Shown: positions 14,295-27,690 of the stretch, piece after piece | How the letters are laid out: every line of letters begins with the position of its first letter | Position numbering within the stretch: the stretch's first letter is position 1 | Origin: Eledone cirrhosa | Lineage: Eukaryota | Direction of reading: 5' to 3' | NCBI GenBank assembly: GCA_964016885.1 | Contig: OZ024758.1 | Location: 39,866,001 to 39,930,000, forward strand | DNA: 64,000 nucleotides | Translations under genes and position numbers: made by a program | The notes under the pieces: generated by a model | What the model was told of the DNA's origin: nothing | The model's database searches: none | The model's input: only the letters and a program-made list of their open reading frames with translations

Positions 14295-15545
14295 GTGCCT
14301 AGGGCACTGATTTCAAGGGGCACTGCCTAGGGCACTGATTTCAAGTGGCACTGCCTAGGGCACTGATTTCAAGTGGCACTGCCTAGGGCATTGATTTCAA
14401 GTGGCACTGCCTAGGGCACTGATTTCAAGTGGCACTGCCTAGGGCATTGATTTCAAGTGGCACTACCTAGGGCATTGATTTCAAGTGGCACTGCCTAGGG
14501 CACTGATTTCAAGTGGCACTGATTTCAAGTGGCACTGCCTAGGGCATTGATTTCAAGTGGCACTACCTAGGGCATTGATTTCAAGTGGCACTGCCTATGG
14601 CACTGATTTCAAGTGGCACTGCCTAGGGCATTGATTTCAAGTGGCACTACCTAGGGCATTGATTTCAAGTGGCACTGCCTAGGGCACTGATTTCAAGTGG
14701 AACTGCCTAGGGCACTGATTTCAAGTGGCACTGATTTCAAGTGGCACTGCCTAAGGCATTGATTTCAAGTGGCACTACCTAGGGCATTGATTTCAAGTGG
14801 CACTGCCTAGGGCATTGATTTCAAGTGGCACTGCCTAGGGCATTGATTTCAAGGGGCACTGCCTAGGGCGCTGATTTCAAGGGGCACTGCCTAGGGCACT
14901 GATTTCAAGGGGCACTGCCTAGGGCACTGATTTCAAGTGGCACTGCCTAGGGCATTGATTTCAAGTGGCACTGCCTAGGGCACTGATTTCAAGTGGCACT
15001 GCCTAGGGCATTGATTTCAAGTGGCACTACCTAGGGCATTGATTTCAAGTGGCACTGCCTAGGGCACTGATTTCAAGTGGCACTGCCTAGGGCACTGATT
15101 TCAAGTGGCACTGATTTCAAGTGGCACTGCCTAGGGCATTGATTTCAAGTGGCACTACCTAGGGCATTGATTTCAAGTGGCACTGCCTAGGGCATTGATT
15201 TCAAGTGGCACTGCCTAGGGCACTGATTTCAAGGGGCACTGCCTAGGGCACTGATTTCAAGTGGCACTGCCAAGGGCACTGATTTCAAGTGGCACTGCAT
15301 AGGGCATTGATTTCAAGTGGCACTGCCTAGGGCACTGATTTCAAGGGGCACTGCCTAGGGCACTAATTTCAAGTGGCACTGCCTAGGGCACTGATTTCAA
15401 CTGGCACTGCCTGGGGCGCTGATTTCTAGTGGCACTGCCTAGGGCACTGATTTCAAGTGGAGCTGCCTAGGGCACTGATTTCTAGTGGCACTGCCTAGGG
15501 CACTGATTTCAAGTGGACTTGCCTAGGGCGCTGATTTCAAGTGGG
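14295..15545. repeat. 28-bp minisatellite, array 1
   Basis: Unit gcctagggcactgatttcaagtggcact, with occasional 16-bp short units. Confidence 0.95.
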
Positions 15546-15676
15546 GCATTTCTCCAATTAAACAATATCACCGATATATATGTATATATATATATATGTG
15601 TATATGCATACACAGACACACACACACATATATATGTGTGTGTGTGTGTATGTATATATATATATGTGTGTGTGTG

Positions 15677-15717
<41 letters not shown>

Positions 15718-15720
15718 ATG

Positions 15721-15753
<33 letters not shown>

Positions 15754-15788
15754 ATGTATATATATATATATATGTGTGTGTGTGTATG

Positions 15789-15821
<33 letters not shown>

Positions 15822-16500
15822 ATGTATATATATATGTGTGTGTGTGTGTATGTATATATATATATATAGATGTGTGTGTGTGTGTATGCATATATATATA
15901 TATATGTGTGTGTGTGTGTATTTATATGTATATATGTGTGTGTGTATATATATGTATATATATATATATGTGTGTGTGCGTATGTGTATATATATATATA
16001 TATATGTGTGTGTATGTATATATATATATATATGTTTGTGTATGTATATATATATATATGTGTGTGTGTATTTATATATATATATATATGTGTGTGTGTG
16101 TATGTATATATATATATGTGTGTGTGTGTGTATGTATATATATATATATACATAGATGTGACTCATCACAGACAAAGACTAAACTAAACAGAGGTTTTTC
16201 AACTTACGTCAATGTAACAGATACACACACACACATATATATATATACATGTACACACACGTCAGGTATTTACATAGGTGCAATCACACACACACACATA
16301 TATATATATATATGTACACACACGTCAGGTATTTACATAGGTGCAATCACACACACACACACACATATATATATGCATGTACACACACGTCAGGTATTTA
16401 CATAGGTGCAATCACACACACACACACACATATATATATGCATGTACACACACGTCAGGTATTTACATAGGTGCAATCACACACATACCAATGAAACAAA

Positions 16501-17470
16501 GTGCCTAGGGCATTGATTTCAAGTGGCACTGCCTAGGGCACTGATTTCAAGGGGCACTGCCTAGGGCATTGATTTCAAGTGGCACTGCCTAGGGCGCTGA
16601 TTTCAAGTGGCACTGCCTAGGGCGCTGATTTCAAGTGGCACTGATTTCAAGTGGCACTGCCTAGGGCATTGATTTCAAGTGGCACTACCTAGGGCATTGA
16701 TTTCAAGTGGCACTGCCTAGGGCATTGATTTCAAGTGGCACTGCCTAGGGCACTGATTTCAAGGGGCACTGCCTAGGGCACTGATTTCAAGTGGCACTGC
16801 CTAGGGCACTGATTTCAAGTGGCACTGCCTAGGGCATTGATTTCAAGTGGCACTGCCTAGGGCACTGATTTCAAGGGGCACTGCCTAGGGCACTGATTTC
16901 AAGTGGCACTGCCTAGGGCACTAATTTCAAGTGGCACTGCCTAGGGCACTGATTTCAACTGGCACTGCCTAGGACACTGATTTCAAGTGGCACTAATTTC
17001 AAGTGGCACTGCCTAGGGCATTGATTTCAAGTGGCACTGCCTAGGGCACTGATTTCAAGTGGCACTACCTAGGGCGCTGATTTCTAGTGGCACTGCCTAG
17101 GGCACTGATTTCAAGTGGAGCTGCCTAGGGCGCTGATTTCAAGTGGCACTGCCTAGGGCATTGATTTCAAGGGGCACTGCCTAGGGCGCTGATTTCAAGT
17201 GGAGCTGTTTAGGGCACTGATTTCAAGTGGAGCTGCCTAGGACATTGATTTCAAGTGGCACTGCCTAGGGCACTGATTTCAAGGGGCACTGCCTAGGGCT
17301 CTGATTTCAAGTGGCACTGATTTCAAGTGGCACTGCCTAGGGCATTGATTTCAAGGGGCACTGCCTAGGGCACTGATTTCAAGTGGAGCTGCCTAGGGCA
17401 CTGATTTCAAGTGAAGCTGCCTAGGGCACTGATTTCAAGTGGAGCTGCCTAGGGCACTAATTTCAAGTGG
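16501..17470. repeat. 28-bp minisatellite, array 2
   Basis: Same unit and same flanks (accaatgaaacaaagt ... ggggcatttctccaattaaacaat). Confidence 0.95.
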
Positions 17471-17607
17471 GGCATTTCTCCAATTAAACAATTTAAGAAA
17501 ATAAATAAATAGATATATTTCAGTTTTATTTCATACGGGGACAAATACATGGTGAAAATATAAAACAAATATTTTTTTATTTATAAATTTTGAAATTGAT
17601 ATTTTCC

Positions 17608-17666
17608 TTTGAGGGTGCCAGATTGTCAGCTTGCCTAGGGTGCCAGCTAGTCTGTCACCGACCCTG
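17608..17666 (-). mobile_element. Terminus of a hAT-type non-autonomous DNA transposon (second copy ends at 19828)
   Basis: Reverse strand begins cagggtcggtgacag...ggcaccctaggca...ggcaccctc, resembling CAGGGCCGG-type hAT termini with subterminal GGCACCC motifs. The partner terminus was not found. Confidence 0.5.
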
Positions 17667-18486
17667 TGTATGCAGATATCATCTTCATCATTCAACGTCC
17701 ATTTTCCACGCTAGCATGGGTTAGATGAGCCATGTCAGAGGACCATGTTTTGCTCACACTGAACTTATTTTGGCTTCATTTCTATGTCTGGTTGTCCTAA
17801 TGCCAACAACAATGTGTACTGGGTGCTTTGATTGCCTTACTTATTATACTACCTTCGACTAACACTGCTGGTCCCTCTATTGGGTCGATGTGGGGAAGAC
17901 TGTCTTTCTCCCATTTATTCTCCTATAGATATATAATTGTTTCTACTTTTAGCACAAGGCCAGCAATTATCCCAGTGTATTACTGGTACTTTATTCTATC
18001 GACCCCGTAAGGATGAAAGGTAAAGTTAACCTCGACAGGATTTGAACTCAGATTATAAAGGGAGGTAACTATGCTGGAAAGCATGGCGTCCAATCCTCTA
18101 CCGATAATATATCATCATCATCATCATCTTACGTCCACTTTTCCCTGCTTGCAAGGGTGAGACGGGAACTGATTCTGGCTTGATCTCTACAGCTGGATGC
18201 TCTTCCTAACACCAACCTCATTTACAGTGAGTGATGGGTGCTTTTTCTCCGTGACACCTCCACGACCACTTTGCAGTGGAATGATAGGGACTGGGGTCCC
18301 TATCATCTCATTTCTACAGCTGAGTAAACTGGAGCAATGTGAAATAAAGTGTCTTGCTCAAGGAAACAACACATCACCTGGTCTGAGAATTGAACTCACA
18401 ACCTTTCGATTGCCAGTCCATTGCTCTAACCACTAAGCCATGTGCCTCCATGTATATATATATAATAATTTCTATACTTTTTCATT

Positions 18487-18532
<46 letters not shown>

Positions 18533-18632
18533 TGTATATATATATATATGTGTATATGCATACACAGACACACACACACATATATATGTGTGTGTGTGTG
18601 TGTATGTATATATATATATGTGTGTGTGTGTG

Positions 18633-18673
<41 letters not shown>

Positions 18674-18736
18674 ATGTATATATATATATATGTGTGTGTG
18701 TGTATGTATATATATATATATGTGTGTGTGTGTATG

Positions 18737-18775
<39 letters not shown>

Positions 18776-18816
18776 ATATATGTGTGTGTGTGTATGTATA
18801 TATATATGTGTGTGTG

Positions 18817-18883
<67 letters not shown>

Positions 18884-19077
18884 ATGTATATATATATATG
18901 TGTGTGTGTGTGTGTATGTATATATATATGTGTGTGTGTGTGTATGTATATATATATACATAGATTGATATCTATCTTTACTGGTGACCCATCACAGACA
19001 AAGACTAAACTATACAGAGGTTTTTCAACATACGTCAATGTAACAGATACACACACACATATATATATATATATACA

Positions 19078-19112
19078 TGTACACACACGTCAGGTATTTA
19101 CATAGGTGCAAT

Positions 19113-19144
<32 letters not shown>

Positions 19145-19242
19145 CATGTACACACATGGCAGGTATTTACATAGGTGCAATCACACACACACATATATAT
19201 ATATACATGTACACACACGTCAGGTATTTACATAGGTGCAAT

Positions 19243-19274
<32 letters not shown>

Positions 19275-19311
19275 CATGTACACACACGTCAGGTATTTAC
19301 ATAGGTGCAAT

Positions 19312-19345
<34 letters not shown>

Positions 19346-19450
19346 CATGTACACACACGTCAGGTATTTACATAGGTGCAATCACACACACACACATATA
19401 TATATACATGTACACACACGTCAGGTATTTACATAGGTGCAATCACACAC
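19078..19450. repeat. Compound minisatellite: acacacgtcaggtatttacataggtgcaatc + (CA)n(TA)n
   Basis: About 7 units here, 2 at 14176-14280 and about 4 at 16250-16487. Confidence 0.85.
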
Positions 19451-19466
19451 ATACCAATGAAACAAA

Positions 19467-19632
19467 GTGCCTAGGGCACTGATTTCAAGGGGCACTGCCT
19501 AGGGCGCTGATTTCAAGTGGCACTGCCTAGGGCGCTGATTTCAAGTGTAGCTGCCTAGGGCACTGATTTCAAGTGTAGCTGCCTAGGGCGCTGATTTCAA
19601 GTGTAGCTGCCTAGGGCACTGATTTCAAGTGG
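19467..19632. repeat. 28-bp minisatellite, array 3 (about 6 units)
   Basis: Same unit and flanks. Confidence 0.9.
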
Positions 19633-19840
19633 GGCATTTCTCCAATTAAACAATTTAAGAAAATAAATAAATAGATATATTTCAGTTTTATTTCATACGG
19701 GGACAAATACATGGTGAAAATATAAAACAAATATTTTTTTATTTATAAATTTTGAAATTGATATTTTCCTTTGAGGGTACCAGATTGTCAGCTTGCCTAG
19801 GGTGCCAGCTAGTCTGTCACCGACCCTGTGTATGCAGATA

Positions 19841-22300
19841 TCATCTTCATCATTCAACGTCCATTTTCCACGCTAGATTGGGTTAGATGAGCTGTCATGT
19901 GAGCCATGTCAGGGGACCATGTTTTGCTCACACAGAACTGATTTTGGCTTCATTTCTATGTCTGGTTGTCCTAACGCCAACAACAATGTGTACTGGGTGC
20001 TTTTAGTCATGTTACCAACACGACCACTTTACAGTGTCGATTGGGCACTCATTGTCGTGGCGCCAAGCTGACCACTTATATAGTGTTGTTTGGGGACTTG
20101 GGTGGGTGAGATGCATGGGGAATTGAAGAGGTAGATATAAGGGTGGGGTGACTACAACGTGGAAGGTCTATGGGATGGAAGGTGGTGCATACTAGATGTA
20201 TGCCTCAGCCCCTTCATATGGGAAGGTGGATCTTCTGTATGATAGCATAGTGCCAGAGATCATGGTCCTGTGTCATACCCTTTGAGAGGTGCAATTGTGC
20301 AAGGTCAGCTTTTATCAACTCATCCCAAGTCTTCCAACATCTCCATAGCTCCCTTCAACTTTGAGTGCTCTGCACTTTTTTATACAGCTGTCGTCTTTCA
20401 TGCGCATCACGTGACCAAACCAACGTAGCCTTCTCTCGAGTAAACAACATCTGATCCCTCTTGTTTCTAATTTTTCCCTTAGTTCGTTTATGCTTTGCCG
20501 TTCACATATATTACTATTACACATCCAGCGGAGCCTGCAAGCTTCGTTCCTCTCAGGTCTCACTGCCATGCAGCATTGCTGTTCGTATGCAGGCATCGTA
20601 TAACCTGCCTTTAATTTTTAGGGAGAACCCTTTAGCGGTTAATGGTGGTATAAGCTCTCTGAACTTTTTCCATCCAGTTCTGACTCTAGCTACTGTACTT
20701 TCAGAGCACCCTCCCCCACTGCTATTTGTCACCCAGGTAACGGAAACTGTCCACTATTTCTATAGAACCATCTGTGCAATGGAATGAGCTAGTATTCTGT
20801 GGGCACTTGCTGCTACTTATTGCACCAGAGCACCGGCCACATATAAAATCTATGTTCTTAGTTAGCTTACTTGTGATCCCACTACATCTTTTATGCACCC
20901 ATACTTTGCATTTGGGACATAAAATGGAGTTTCTACCTACTCCTTTCCTACACACTGAGCATGGCCATTTCCCGGATGGGACCGGCGCCCTATTTTCCTT
21001 CCTACAAACTAGAACTTTAGTCTTAGACAGGTTAATTTTAAGGCCTTTTGATTCTAGGCCATGCTTCCATGTTTGGAATTTCTTCTCTAGTTCGGCTATT
21101 GATTCAGCTATGAGCGTTAGATCATCTGCGTATAGGAGTTCCCATGGGCAGCCGGTCTTGAACTCCACTGTTATAGTCTGAAGGGCAATAATAAATAGTA
21201 GGGGGCTAAGAACGGAGCCCTGATGAACACCAAATTTTATGCTAAACTCTTCACTATATTCGTTGTTAATTCTAACCTTGCTGACTGTTTCTTTATACAT
21301 GGCTTGTATAGCTCTCACAAGCCATTCATCAACACCGGCTTTTTGGCCTTAATCGACTCCTCCACCTTACTGTTCCACCTCCATGTTACTCTCCTCCTGC
21401 CTATAGGCCTGCTCCGGCCACAGACTTCGTCTGCCGCCATCAGCAGGTTAGCTTTCAGGAATTCCCACTGTTCCTCTATATTGTACGACTCTAAATGATC
21501 TTCCTTACTGTCGAAAGCATCAAGTAATATGCTTTTAAATTTATTTCTGGCTGTGGGGTCCTTTAGCTTCCATATTTTTCTCCTGAGGATAGTCCTCTTC
21601 TGCTGTCGAGTACGTCTTGTCCTTACAGATAGTTAGCCTATTTGCGTCACAGAATTCCAGGGTTCTGGAGCCTTCCTCATTTCTAGTACCAAATCCATAG
21701 CCTCCGTGGATTCCGTCATAACCGTCACAATGTTGTCAAATGTGACCATTTAGGTCGCCAGCAATAGTTATATAGTCACTGTCAGTTATTTGGGAGGTAG
21801 TGAGCATCAGTGTCTCATAGAATCTGTCTTTTATAGCGCCAGGCAGTCCGGATTGGGGCGCGTACGCAGATATTGCTGTCACAGTAGTACTATTTTGAAC
21901 AAGTCTTATTTTAATTATTCTGTCATTCACTCTATTTACGTCTATTATCTTATCCACCCATTTTTCTGCTAACATGATTCCTACCCCACCCAGCCCATTG
22001 TCATTTCCCAGCCAGAAAAGCTTATAGCATCGTTTTTACCCACAATGAATCTAGCAGACCCGCCCCTCCACCTGGTCTCTTGGATACAGCAAACATCAAC
22101 CTCCTTACGTTTAAGCATTTCTACAACCTCGTTAGAGCTGCCTTTTAAGGTGCCTACATTCATGGTACCAACTCTGAAGTTTTGGATTGCGTTTGGTGGG
22201 TAGGGCGCAGGGAGGGGGGAGGGGATGGGTTTGGGGTTATGTTGGCCATCCGCGGCCGCAACAAAGAGGAGGGGCCCTTGCCCTTTCGTCCGGCAGCATG
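19841..22300 (-). mobile_element. RTE LINE (family 2), longer copy with endonuclease, internally deleted
   Basis: NVGTLKG, VCCIQETRW, SAYAPQ, AGDLNGHI; GVHQGSVLSPLLF, LLYADDL, FRYLG, RRLRWFGHV. Near-identical in shared parts to 3025-4815. 3' tail at ~19841-19860. Confidence 0.9.
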
Positions 22301-22693
22301 ACGTGAATTTGTCGTTATCTTTGGCATTGTCTTCGAGTGTCCAGATTCTTCAGACTCTCCAGAAATTCCTTAGTCCATCCATCATATCGAAAAGCAACCA
22401 GAAGTGATAGCATAGGCCGTTGACTTGTGATTGGTCCAAATAATAAAGGTGGAGAGTGGGGGCGGGCGGAAGGGGTATGGGGTAGTTAACGAGGAGAAGA
22501 TTATTTAGAACAGTCAGACAGAATTATAGAATAGCAATTATGAAGTAGGATTTGGATTCTGGGCGATTATAGATATATGGATGAATGAACCGAAGGGTGG
22601 GGAGACAAGAAGAAAATGTTATTTATACATTACATTTCGTAGAAGTGGTCTGACCATGATCATATGTATATTTATATATTTATATATATATAC

Positions 22694-22725
<32 letters not shown>

Positions 22726-23096
22726 ATAGATATGTATGTATATATATATATAGATAGATATAAAGATATATATACTCTTACGTGTATACATCTGATAATG
22801 TATATATGTATGTAAAAAGTTACTTAAACATACATGTATACATAAAGTTGGACAGTTATACATATACAATAACTTATTTCTATACATACATATACCACAA
22901 GTAAGGCATGGTGCTGCCAACTAACCAGACCTCCCTCATAATGGATCAGCTAGATGCCAAAATACAGGCCTGCTAGCCAACACACAGTCCCAATAAGTGT
23001 AAGTTACAGCGCAGCTATCTGGACTGACTTGTCTTAAGACTACTCATTGTCCCACTACATCTTTTGTGTATTGTATATATATTCTATATATACACT

Positions 23097-23150
<54 letters not shown>

Positions 23151-23156
<6 letters not shown>

Positions 23157-23790
23157 TAAAATAACAGATTCAAGTTTAAGCAAAGAATCGCTATTTGCAT
23201 GCGTGTATGTATTTATTTAATTTCTATTACCTCTGTATTTTATTTACTTTATTCTTAACTCTGAAGCGGAGATTCATTTGGTTTCCTAGTTAGAATTTTA
23301 GTCTACGACTTCAGCTATACCATTTACGTGGTTTTGTCTTTGCGTGCTATTGTTCTCCACGCTCCACATATGACATATTATCTTCGTTTTTTCCGTTCAT
23401 AGCCAGAGAACGTCTCTATGAACCACCTAAGAGAACATTAGTCTACGACCTCTTTTATACCATAAACGTGGCTCTGTCTTTGCGCGTAATTGTTTTTCAC
23501 CGCTCCACATAATGACGTATTATATTCGTTTTTTCCCGTTCTTTGCCAGCGAACATTTCCAACGAACCAAAGTATCGTCTTCCTGTCTTCCTCCGGTTGC
23601 AACGTTTTTTTAAATATCCACTTCTGCGTTTACAGATTGACTTTGTTAGTTTCAGAAGATCCCGTTAAGGGTGAAAGCAGCGATTCTTTGATTAAACTTT
23701 AATCTGTTATTTTAATAAATATTTTCTCTACGGTTCTTATATATTTGATAGCCCTCTTTGGATTTTAGTCTTCAAATTCATTATTATTAC
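23151..23790 (+). mobile_element. Short fold-back insert in (TA)n, PLE-end-like
   Basis: 23151-23192 is the reverse complement of 23679-23721. One-sided tail 23722-23790, internal ~140-bp duplication (23298/23438) and hammerhead-like motif at 23653-23683. Confidence 0.55.
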
Positions 23791-23882
23791 TATATATATA
23801 TATATATACACATATAATTGTGTATTCACACATTATCTTAGTAATGAAATAATAATTTTAGTTAATTGTTCAAAATTCTTCA

Positions 23883-24125
23883 TTAACCCTTTTGGTAGAA
23901 ACCCAACCAAAATTGGTTCTCGTTCTATGGAAATGGTTTCTATCTAAATTAAAGTCTTCCAACGAAATTCTATATAACAACCATATGTTAAGTTACTATG
24001 TTAGTAATTAACTAACAATTGTGATAAATAGCCCAACATTATTCATAATTAATTGAAATACGAGGTTCATAATTATAATAAAATCTTCGAATAGGCTACG
24101 TAGCCAGTAAACCTGAAAGGTACGC
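23883..24125. mobile_element. Degenerate piggyBac-like MITE
   Basis: Starts TTAACCCTTT and ends in a decayed aaagg(g)ta. The internal aaagtcttccaac...accatatgttaagttact segment recurs at 25344-25390. Confidence 0.4.
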
Positions 24126-24177
24126 AACACACACATCGCTATAGCGTTTCACCAGCCAATTCATTCCTCAATCATTA

Positions 24178-25145
24178 CATAGATGTGTGTGTATGTAATA
24201 AATATTTTGTATTGTGTGTCTATTTATTAAATGGATGAGTAGATGTGTGTGTGTGTGTAACCCAGTAAATGTGTGTGTGTGTAACCCAGTAGATGTGTGT
24301 GTATCTAACTCAGCAGATGTGTGTGTATGTAACACAGTAGATCTGTGTGTATATAACACAGTACATGTGTGTATGTAACTCAGTAGATGTGTGTGTATGT
24401 AATACAGTAGCTGTGTGTGTATGTAACACAGTAGATGTGTGTGTATGTAACACAGTAGATGTGTGTGTATGTAACTCAGTAGATGTGTGTGTATGTAACC
24501 CAGTAGATGTGTGTATGTAACACCGTAGATGTGTGTATGTAACACAGTAGATGTGTGTGTATATAATAGTAGATGTGTGTGTATGTAACACAGTAGATGT
24601 GTGTGTATGTAACTCAGTAGATGTGTGTGTATGTAACCCAGTAGATGTGTGTATGTAACACAGTAGATGTGTGTGTATGTAACACAGTACATGTGTGTAT
24701 GTAACTCAGCAGATGTGTGTGTATGTAACCCAGTAGATGTGTGATTATGTAACACAGTAGATGTGTGTGTATGTAACTCAGTAGATGTGTGTGTGTGTAA
24801 CTCAGTAGATGTGTGTGTATATAACACAGTAGATGTGTGTGTATGTAACACAGTAGATGTGTGTATGTAACACAGTTTATGTGTGTGCATGTAACTCAGA
24901 AGATGTGTGTGCGTATATAACACAGTAGATTGTGTGTATGTAACACAGTAGATGTGTGTGTATATAACACAGTAGATGTGTGTATGTAACACAGTAGATG
25001 TGCGTGTATATGTAACACAGTAGATGTGTGTGTATGTAACACAGTAGGTGTGTGTATGTAACACAGTAGATGTGTGTATATGTAACAGTAGATATGTGTG
25101 TATGTAAGACAGTAGATGTGTGTGTATGTAACATAGTAGATGTAT
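24178..25145. repeat. ~22-24-bp minisatellite gtgtgtgtatgtaacacagtagat
   Basis: Direct reading, about 40 units. Confidence 0.93.
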
Positions 25146-25669
25146 ATATAACTAAAGTGTAAAGTAAGTTAAAATGGACGACAAGATGACTTTAACTTGT
25201 TTTTTAACAAGTGATGGTGGAAAAGATTTTAAATTGTCTTAACTCAGACCATAAAGGGCCGCAACACATGGAGTCTGACACTCTTACCGGCTACATAGCC
25301 ATGGATTCTATTTTACGGGGTCCGGTTACATAGCTTCTTCCTAAAAGTCTTCCAACATAATTTTATACAAGAACCACATGTTAAGTTACTAATAAAATAA
25401 TTAATAATTAAAAACTTTAGTAAATCCTTCCAATGATATCTCACTAATGAAATAATTATTAATTGCTATAAATACCTCAAAATTCCTCATTAATTAAACC
25501 CAAGACAGGTAAAAACTCCAGAGTCTTTCAGTCTGACATGAAACAAATAAATTTCTAATGGAAGAAGTAAAGATTTTAAAGTCAGCCAAGGGAGATCACT
25601 CTCAGCGACTTATTGTAATTCTTGTTCGTGAATTAATCCTGATTAAATTATTCTGGTGTATTTTGGTGT

Positions 25670-25990
25670 GGAGGAACCGGGTTTACGCGGTGATAGCGCG
25701 TAATTCAAGAACGTATGGTTCGTGAGTTCGAATCCCAGACCGGGTGGTCTGTGCGTTGGCCCCTTGAACAAGACATTTCTCCCAGCTGGCAAAACTAATA
25801 AGTTGTACCTGTAATTACAGGGTAACGTTGTTACATAGAATTGTCACACTGAATCTCCCTGAGAACAATGTCAACGGTACACGTGTCAATGAAATACCCA
25901 GACGCATTATAATATAAGATGGATTCTATATGTATTTAAAAAGGAAGGCATGTCACACGTTTTGTCTCGCTGAATCTCCCTGAGAACTAC
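25670..25990 (+). mobile_element. Degenerate tRNA-derived SINE with partly duplicated 3' part
   Basis: gtgagttcgaatccc B-box, ccttgaacaagaca core, and ctgaatctccctgagaac twice (25849, 25970). Confidence 0.6.
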
Positions 25991-25997
25991 GTAAATA

Positions 25998-26755
25998 CTA
26001 GTGACTATCAGACATAGTGTATCTAGGACTACATTATCTAATGTACAGTACAGTAGTTAGTATTAGTGGCTATCAGACATAGTATATCTAGGACTACATT
26101 ACCTAATGTACAGTGTAGTAGTTAGTATTAGTGGCTATCAGACATAGTGTATCTAGGAATACATTACCTAATGTACAGTACAGTAGTTAGTATTAGTGGC
26201 TATCAGACATAGTGTATCTAGGACTACCTTATCTAATGTACAATATAGTAGTTAGTATTACTGGCTATCAGATATAGTGTATCTAGGAATACATTATCTA
26301 ATGTACAATATAGTAGTTAGTATTACTGGCTATCAGATATAGTGTATCTAGGAATACATTATCTAATGTACAATATAGTAGTTAGTATTACTGGCTATCA
26401 GATATAGTGTATCTAGGAATACATTATCTAATGTACAATATAGTAGTTAGTATTACTGGCTATCAGGCATAGTGTATCTAGGAACACATTACCTATTGTA
26501 CAGTGTAGTAGTTAGTATTAGTGGCTATCAGACATAGTGTATCTAGGACTACATTACCTAATGTACAGTACAGTAATCAGTATTAGAGGCTATCAGACAT
26601 AGTGTATCTAGGACTACATTATCTAATGTACAGTACAGTAGTTAGTATTAGTGGCTATCAGGCATAGTGTATCTAGGACTACATTATCTAATATACAGTA
26701 CAGTAGTTAGTATTAGTGGCTATCAGGCATAGTGTATCTAAGACTACATTATCTT
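25998..26755. repeat. 65-bp minisatellite (about 11.5 units)
   Basis: Unit ttagtggctatcagacatagtgtatctaggactacattatctaatgtacagtacagtagttagta; starts at 26063 and 26128 give the period. Confidence 0.95.
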
Positions 26756-26764
26756 AACTGCACA

Positions 26765-27000
26765 TAGCATCCAACCCTGACAGTATGGTGTTCTGGAAAT
26801 ATGTACATTCAAAGCAGAGACCTCACTCTTCACAATCTCCACACAAGCCAGGTTACTGACGACCCAAGAAATGCACAGAATTCATTGCTGAATGCAATGG
26901 AGGCATTTTCACTGTTGAAGACCAAAATGTACCATCTCCACCACCTCTGACATCAGATTCTATTACAACTATGGAATTTAGACCTGCAATGCCACCTTAC
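26765..27000 (+). mobile_element. Old CR1/L2-group LINE ORF2 linker fragment
   Basis: Translates to SNPDSMVFWKYVHSK and FTVEDQNVPSPP, resembling the NPK.FWKYV.SK and F.SVFT.ED linker motifs. Confidence 0.4.
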
Positions 27001-27255
27001 AAAACCTCTACGTAGTCTTTCTAACTGCTAGAAATAGCAGCGATATTATCCATTACAACTTCGTTTTTTTGTTTAAAATATCCAAAGTTTAGTTATAAAA
27101 TCAACAGCAAGTCCTTTGCACAGACTTCGGAATAAACATGAAGACCGTCAAAATATCATTCTCCTTCTCTCTCTCTTTAAACAAAGAATAGCTGCTTTCA
27201 ACCTTAACGGGATCTTCTGAAACTCATTATTTTAATCAATAGTTGCTCTACGGCT

Positions 27256-27337
<82 letters not shown>

Positions 27338-27431
27338 GTAATTCCGTCGGAAAATTCCAGGAAAAAAGAGTGCTCTATGTAGGCAACAGAGCTTAATTAT
27401 TATTATGTAATAAACAACATAAGGCAATTAT

Positions 27432-27489
27432 TCCATTTACCAGTGGTTTCTTAAAAGCAAAAGGTTTTGCTTTCAATCCTCAGAATGAA
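27432..27489 (-). ncRNA. Type I hammerhead ribozyme (intact)
   Basis: Exact reverse complement of 29351-29408. Confidence 0.82.
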
Positions 27490-27635
27490 AAAATCCTGGT
27501 TTGTTTATTGAATTTGGATTTAAAAAAACAAAAATGCAAACTATATGAAAGTGAGGCTGAAGAAGGGAGAAGGAAAGGAAAAATAAAATAAAACTACACA
27601 TGCAAACACACACACAAAAACACAAAAGCATACAT

Positions 27636-27690
<55 letters not shown>

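Larger units (their letters stand above)
17826..20003. repeat. Second unit of a tandem segmental duplication (first unit 4719-17829)
   Basis: 17826-18520 matches 4719-5400. It then runs directly into sequence matching 13420-14300, the minisatellite and 17470-17829. CTTT microhomology at the junction. Confidence 0.88.

Noticed and set aside
19078-19450. Constant ~31-bp repeat with variable spacers (CRISPR-like look)
   Set aside because: Spacers are only (CA)n(TA)n length variants, so this is a compound minisatellite.
22900-23060. Unique-looking islands as exons (also 51715-51950, 55600-55760, 62850-63060)
   Set aside because: No recognisable protein motif or convincing splice-site pair; left unassigned.
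24168-25064. 298-aa HTHTST-repeat ORF
   Set aside because: Translation of the 22-24-bp minisatellite.
14295-26755. 28-bp and 65-bp arrays as CRISPR
   Set aside because: Head-to-tail units without unique spacers, no cas genes, eukaryotic context.
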